A DNA stretch of 64,000 bases from NCBI GenBank assembly GCA_973895155.1, contig OZ316891.1:30697112-30761111 (forward strand), in the 5' to 3' direction. The position numbers and the translations under genes were made by a program. Origin of the DNA: Marsupella aquatica. Its lineage: Eukaryota; Plantae; Marchantiophyta. The notes under the pieces were generated by a model, which was not told the origin of the DNA, did not search any database, and saw only the letters and a program-made list of their open reading frames with translations. Below, one piece after another: positions 58,979 to 64,000 of the stretch. Positions within the stretch are counted from its first letter, which is position 1. Each line of letters starts with the position of its first letter.

Positions 58979-60898
58979 ATGGCTGCCCGGGGTCTCAAGG
59001 ATTACTTGCAACGCTATGTCGATAATCCATCTGATGGAGCAGGTGGAGGGAAGACGAAGAAGACGAAGAAAAGCAAGGGGAAAACTGGTGGTGGTAGTAA
59101 TGCGGGCAGTGGGGTTATCATCGTGGACAATGATGCTACCTGGCACAGGGAACTGAAAGAGCAGGATGAGGACGAACCCGATGAAGAAGGAGAGGGGCCG
59201 CAGGTGATAGAGGACGTGGAAGTGAAGAGAATGCACAGGATGGAGGCTTTAAAGACTCATCGACCGTATCTGTCCATGGCGAACGATGGGAGTGGCTGGG
59301 TGACAGTGATGGATGACACAGCTCGTGGTGGTGGTGGTAACGACAATTCAGCTCCGCGTTCTCCACAAGAGGGTAACCCTTCGGATATTTCTGCAAAGAG
59401 GAAGAGGAGTGATTCCCCTGATTTGTCACCCCCTAGAAGAAGAAGAGATTCCCCGGATTTGTCACCCGTGAGGAGGAACGAATTCCCTGACTCGTCACCC
59501 CCAAGGAGAAGGCGAGATTTTACGGATTTGTCACCTCCGCGGAGAAGGAATGATTCTCCTGACATTTCACATTCTAGAAGTAGACAAGGCTCTCCAGATT
59601 TGTCACCACCTAGGAGGAGGAGGGATTCTCCTGACATAGCTCCCCAGAGGAGAAGGTATGATTCTCCACAGGATAAGTCTCCAAGTCTGTTCACAAAGCG
59701 GAAGAGGATAAATTCTCTTGATCTGTCACCCCCGAGAAGAAGACAGGTCTCGGAGAATTCGACCGCATCCCAGGACCCGCCCAGGAGATCGAAATTCTCC
59801 GATGGGGTTCCAAAATTCGTGTCTGGAGACTCGTCTCCACGAAGGAGAAAAGATTCTACTGACCTATCTCCCCCGAGGAGGAAGCACGATTCTCCTATCA
59901 GCGAATCTCGAGATGTAACAACGACGAGGAAGGGAGACAATTCTCCCGACCTGTCAGCCCCGAGAAGAGGAAAAGGCTCTGGAGATTTGTCCCCTCCTCG
60001 GAGATCGAAAATCTCCTCTGGGGATTCAAGGTTTGCGCATCGAGATATGCCACGGAGGAGGACTGATTCTCCGGATTTGTCACCTCCACGGAGGAGGAAG
60101 GATTCTCCGGATCTGCCCCCTGGAAGAAATCTAGAGTCCAAGGATTTGTCCCCTCGCAGAAAACCCAAAAATACAATGGTGTCTCCAACGCAGAACAGGT
60201 CTCAAGACTCGTCACCTCCTCGGAAGAAGGGTACTGCAAGAATGTCGGATGGGACCTATGCAGGTCTGAGGACTGATAGAGAGGACATTTCAGCAGCCGA
60301 GCGCAAGAGAGCTGCTGAAGCGAAAAGGGTCGCCGAGTTGGATCCCTCGCTCAGCGGACGAGGGGCACAGACGGTTTATCGTGACCGAAGAGGGAGAAGG
60401 CTAGAAGGGTTAGAAGAGTTGATGAGACAGCAAAAGGGTGAAGTGAAACCTGCCCAAGAGCCTTTGGAGTGGGGCAAAGGTTTGGCTCAAAAGAAGGTGG
60501 CGGAAGCAAACGTTGCCGAGCTTGAAGCCGAGAAGAGTAGACCTTTCGCTCGTTACAGAGATGATGCGGAATTAGATAAATCCTTAAAGGAAAGATTGCG
60601 TTGGGGAGATCCTATGGCTCATCTGGTGAAGCAAAACAACGCCGAACCTGTCTTGGAAGACTTGGGGGCTCGTGAAGAAATGAAGGCTTCCGGTTTTGTT
60701 GTTCCGCAGGATATCCCAAAACACAGTTGGCTCAAGAGAGGAACTAATCCTCCTCCAAATCGATACGACATTAGGCCTGGCAGGCATTGGGATGGTGTGG
60801 ATCGAAGTACAGGTTATGAGCAAGGACTTTTCAAGTCAAAGAATGAGAAGAAGGCTCGCGACCTGGAGGCCTATCTTTGGTCTGTGTCGGACATGTAG
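58979..60898 (+). CDS. BUD13: BUD13 homolog (RES complex pre-mRNA splicing factor), 639 aa, uninterrupted CDS
   Basis: N-terminal LKDYLQRY and many DSPDLSPPRRR repeats. C-terminal Bud13 domain: GRGAQTVYRD, EWGKGLAQ, PFARYRDD, RWGDPMA, PPNRYDIRPGRHWDGVDRSTGYE, YLWSVSDM. Confidence 0.97.
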   Translation: MAARGLKDYLQRYVDNPSDGAGGGKTKKTKKSKGKTGGGSNAGSGVIIVDNDATWHRELKEQDEDEPDEEGEGPQVIEDVEVKRMHRMEALKTHRPYLSMANDGSGWVTVMDDTARGGGGNDNSAPRSPQEGNPSDISAKRKRSDSPDLSPPRRRRDSPDLSPVRRNEFPDSSPPRRRRDFTDLSPPRRRNDSPDISHSRSRQGSPDLSPPRRRRDSPDIAPQRRRYDSPQDKSPSLFTKRKRINSLDLSPPRRRQVSENSTASQDPPRRSKFSDGVPKFVSGDSSPRRRKDSTDLSPPRRKHDSPISESRDVTTTRKGDNSPDLSAPRRGKGSGDLSPPRRSKISSGDSRFAHRDMPRRRTDSPDLSPPRRRKDSPDLPPGRNLESKDLSPRRKPKNTMVSPTQNRSQDSSPPRKKGTARMSDGTYAGLRTDREDISAAERKRAAEAKRVAELDPSLSGRGAQTVYRDRRGRRLEGLEELMRQQKGEVKPAQEPLEWGKGLAQKKVAEANVAELEAEKSRPFARYRDDAELDKSLKERLRWGDPMAHLVKQNNAEPVLEDLGAREEMKASGFVVPQDIPKHSWLKRGTNPPPNRYDIRPGRHWDGVDRSTGYEQGLFKSKNEKKARDLEAYLWSVSDM

Positions 60899-62753
60899 TT
60901 GGCTTATTTGTCCACCGTGGGGAGCAAAAGCTGAAGGGAGCCATTTCGTGAATGTGGATGACTTTAATTCTTCTGATCTTGCGAGTGGGAAGATCCGGAA
61001 GGACTTCTTTTCTGAAACGTATCTGGAGGGTACTCAAGGTGAATGAAGCATGTTTGATAGGCATTTTCTCCCATGTTCATGTGGGTATTTAGGATTGCCA
61101 ATCGTAATCTATTTTGGTTGCACGGAGCAAACTAATCTTCTTCCAGTTAATGAGTACAGTCTTTCCTTCTGACAGATTCCAATAAAGAGTCCTTCAGCCT
61201 CCGGTCTAGATGACAAGAAAGACTCTATAACGGTAATGTTCAAGTGACGTTCGAGACGGGTTTTGAGTTGGGACACTCTGAACCTGAAGATCACGTTCGA
61301 AGCGGGCCATTCTTAGTTATCAGTTAGAGCTGAAAGGGCTGCAGCAGGTCTTACAGAAGAAGGAACGTTAAAAGGAAGCAATCTGTCGACACAGCTGAAA
61401 CAGGAAGCTCTGTATATAGTGTCGCGTTGTTCGATCCGCATTTGGATAATTTCCGGAGGAGCTGGAGTCAGTAGAGGAGGGAGTCCATCTACTGCCATCC
61501 CTACGGTGGCTACCAGAAGTCGGATTTGCTATACTTGAAAAACTTCCGACTTGAGCAACAATTGAGAAACCATCTCCTGTATCTTTATGAGCACTTGAGG
61601 CTTTATGAGCACTTGAGGTTCAGTTTACCTGCGATTGTCAGCGCAGAGAGATAGTTGGTTTACTTGTGTGATTGCCTGACTAGAATATTGTCACTGGTTG
61701 TTGGTCTAGGATAATCTGAGCATTCTCAGACGTAAAATGCGTCTCCTTTGTTTGACGAAAAGGGATTGTTTATGCAATCCATGTGCCACATTGGCCAGCA
61801 AACTTCTGGAAATCCAAGTTGTATTTGACATTGTAGCAGAAGCTGGCTTTGGAGGTCTAGAGGTCTCGTGCGTCCTTTGCGGGTTTGCGTTGCTCCTGGA
61901 GCCTCTGTCAATTTTGGGTATTGCTGAAATTTGGAAGTTTGTGCCATCTTAATATGTACTTGTGACCATGCAATGGGTAGTCACGCATAGAACACGTTGT
62001 GGCTTGAACCCGTAATTGGCCTCGAGTTTGTGAAACATTATCATTGTAGTTGACCTAACAAATTATTATGGGAAAGTGCAAAAATAATGTGTAATCGTTG
62101 GTCGGCAACTCAATATCAACGCAATGACTCTTGAAAACAGAAATGAATTCTTTGCCGTGAAAGTGGAGACCTGCTTTGCGAGGAGATGATTCCATTTTTT
62201 TGCTGGATTGAAAATGTGACAATCTGTGGCGATAATTTGTGCAGCTACGGTAAGATGTAGCGCTTGAGAGGAAGCAATTCCCTACTTAACGGAGTCACAG
62301 AACCCACTTCAACCATTTGTTGTCTCCTGCACTCAGACTATTTAAAAAAAATTACAATTTACATCCCACTATCTTTGGTCAGTGATTTTTCGAGGAGCGT
62401 CAGGTTACGTAAATGCTGATTACAAGCTTACATATTTCTGCAAGGCCTATCGTTACTCCTTGGAATGGAATGTACTGTCCGCCCCGCCTGTTGTCCAGAC
62501 AGACAATGAGAAGGGCAGAAATACAAAAGTGTCGATGCTTCCTCCTAGGAAACTGGGTGTCTACAGCAAATTAGATTAAGCTTTACGTTGGAAACTTCTA
62601 AGTATTCGTTGTACAATCCTTACTAATATGACCAACGGCGGACATGGGGGATCAATCAAAATTGATATGGTGGATGTGTAAAGCACAGAATGAGACAGAG
62701 TAGACACAGGCTGTATTCAAACTCAAAAGCTAAATCTGAGGGCAACCTAGGGA

Positions 62754-64000
62754 TCACAATGATACCTTTGAGGGGTGATTGGTCAAAACTCGGAATTGAC
62801 TTAGCTCAGGCTGATGCGAATGTATGTTCTCTCGAAGATTTGCTGGAAATGCTTTTTCCTTTCGGACAACCTTGCCAGTAACAGCAGCAGTTCCCTTCTT
62901 TCTCAAAATCGTGCCAGACGCCTTCCGCAACTGGGACTCATCCTTCCCTACTTGTGGCCTCTTCTCATGTTGCAGAGATCCTCTCCTATCTCTTGGTTTC
63001 AACCAAGGCTTTCTCGGGGCCGAATGAGAATTGCTATGTGCGGTGGGTACTGAAGCAGATTGGCGGGGCAAAGCAGATCCTGATGGACGACTCATGTCAC
63101 TCTCATCAGACCAGCGACCAGCAAGTTCAGGAAGGCCGTGTGGATTGAATTTTCGTTGACACTTGAGGATAGAGCGGTGTGCTACTTCTTTCTCTTCACT
63201 GCCACTAGATGAGTTTACGCCACCATTTCTGAAATCCCGCCAATGCTTGGTGGGCTCATGCGTGCAGTGAGAGCGTTTGTTTTGCAACTTTGGTGATGGA
63301 TTGTTGGACATCTCAGGGGTTGAGTCAGGCAGAGTATTTTCATTCTCCTCATCTGTCATGTACCTCCGACAATGTGTGCACACAATGTCAGAGTGACTAC
63401 TTGCCACAGATGGAACCCTGACTTTCAATCTCTTGCTGCCATTTATTCGCAGTCTAGAAGTGCCGAGGGAATCTCTTGCTGATGGTCTCGTTGCCAGTTT
63501 CTCTTTTCTCATCCTTAAAGGATAGTCGCTGGCGGAACAAACTTCTCTAGGAATAGTCAATTGTTCTTGTTTAAGTATGGTTTTGGCCAGAAGAGCACCA
63601 CCCATATCTTCCCAATTGAGGCTTGGCTTCTGCCTCGAGTGCTGATTTTCCTGCCCCTTCGATGACTTTGCTGACGCCCTTTCTTGGTCACAAGATTCAT
63701 GGTAACGTGTAGAACTTGGGGTTCTACCCGCAAGATCTTCTGAACTAAATTTCTTGTTGAATGCTTTATAGCTGTCTGCTATTGGTTGATGAGGGCTTGG
63801 AGGGATGTCGAAATGCAATGATTTTGTTGGGTGGCGTGATTTTTCCATACTGCGAGGAGATGGAGATGGATCTGTCTGATCTGTTGAGCAGAGCGATGTT
63901 AGCTGTTGCCTTACTCTTGCAATCTGCTCATTAAGTTTCAACACTTCTGCTGAGACAGTCAAGGCACCATGGTTTTCACTGGGTATTCCCTTCGAGTTAA
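62754..64000 (-). CDS. Large exon of an uncharacterised Ser/Arg/Lys-rich protein, 5' end outside the window
   Basis: The frame is open for more than 400 codons and stays open to the window edge. It has a coiled-coil-like LNEQIARVRQQL and a CTHC motif. A possible donor (AAG/gtatca) at 62765 means further downstream exons may exist. Confidence 0.65.
   Translation of the reverse strand, partial: NSKGIPSENHGALTVSAEVLKLNEQIARVRQQLTSLCSTDQTDPSPSPRSMEKSRHPTKSLHFDIPPSPHQPIADSYKAFNKKFSSEDLAGRTPSSTRYHESCDQERASAKSSKGQENQHSRQKPSLNWEDMGGALLAKTILKQEQLTIPREVCSASDYPLRMRKEKLATRPSARDSLGTSRLRINGSKRLKVRVPSVASSHSDIVCTHCRRYMTDEENENTLPDSTPEMSNNPSPKLQNKRSHCTHEPTKHWRDFRNGGVNSSSGSEEKEVAHRSILKCQRKFNPHGLPELAGRWSDESDMSRPSGSALPRQSASVPTAHSNSHSAPRKPWLKPRDRRGSLQHEKRPQVGKDESQLRKASGTILRKKGTAAVTGKVVRKEKAFPANLRENIHSHQPELSQFRVLTNHPSKVSL

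Noticed and set aside
59257-60168. 303-aa antisense ORF
   Set aside because: Shadow of the repetitive SPPRR-coding region of BUD13.

Overview
Eukaryotic nuclear DNA from a land plant; gene structures and repeats suggest a non-seed plant such as a bryophyte, but this is inference. There are four complete host genes: a 12-exon nuclear poly(A) polymerase (-), an 11-exon group-D TDY MAP kinase (-), a 4-exon clade-D PP2C phosphatase (-) and a BUD13 gene with an uninterrupted CDS (+). Part of an unknown gene runs off the right edge. Intergenic space is rich in transposons. An 8.5-kb degenerate PIF/Harbinger-type element sits inside a 56-bp minisatellite; it carries a transposase, a Myb/SANT-like partner and an unexpected third ORF, and has asymmetric ends. 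Related MITEs and a MITE-derived satellite lie nearby. Also present are two copies of a 1.5-kb solo-LTR-like element with AGT...ACT termini, a full-length but defective Tnt1-like Copia element, a Helentron/HINE-like mini-element touching the BUD13 start codon, and many short tandem repeats. The most notable candidates are the three-ORF Harbinger system, the MAPK tandem acceptors encoding both MPK16-type and MPK9-type tails, and the AGT...ACT elements. All homology calls come from motif recognition, not database searches.
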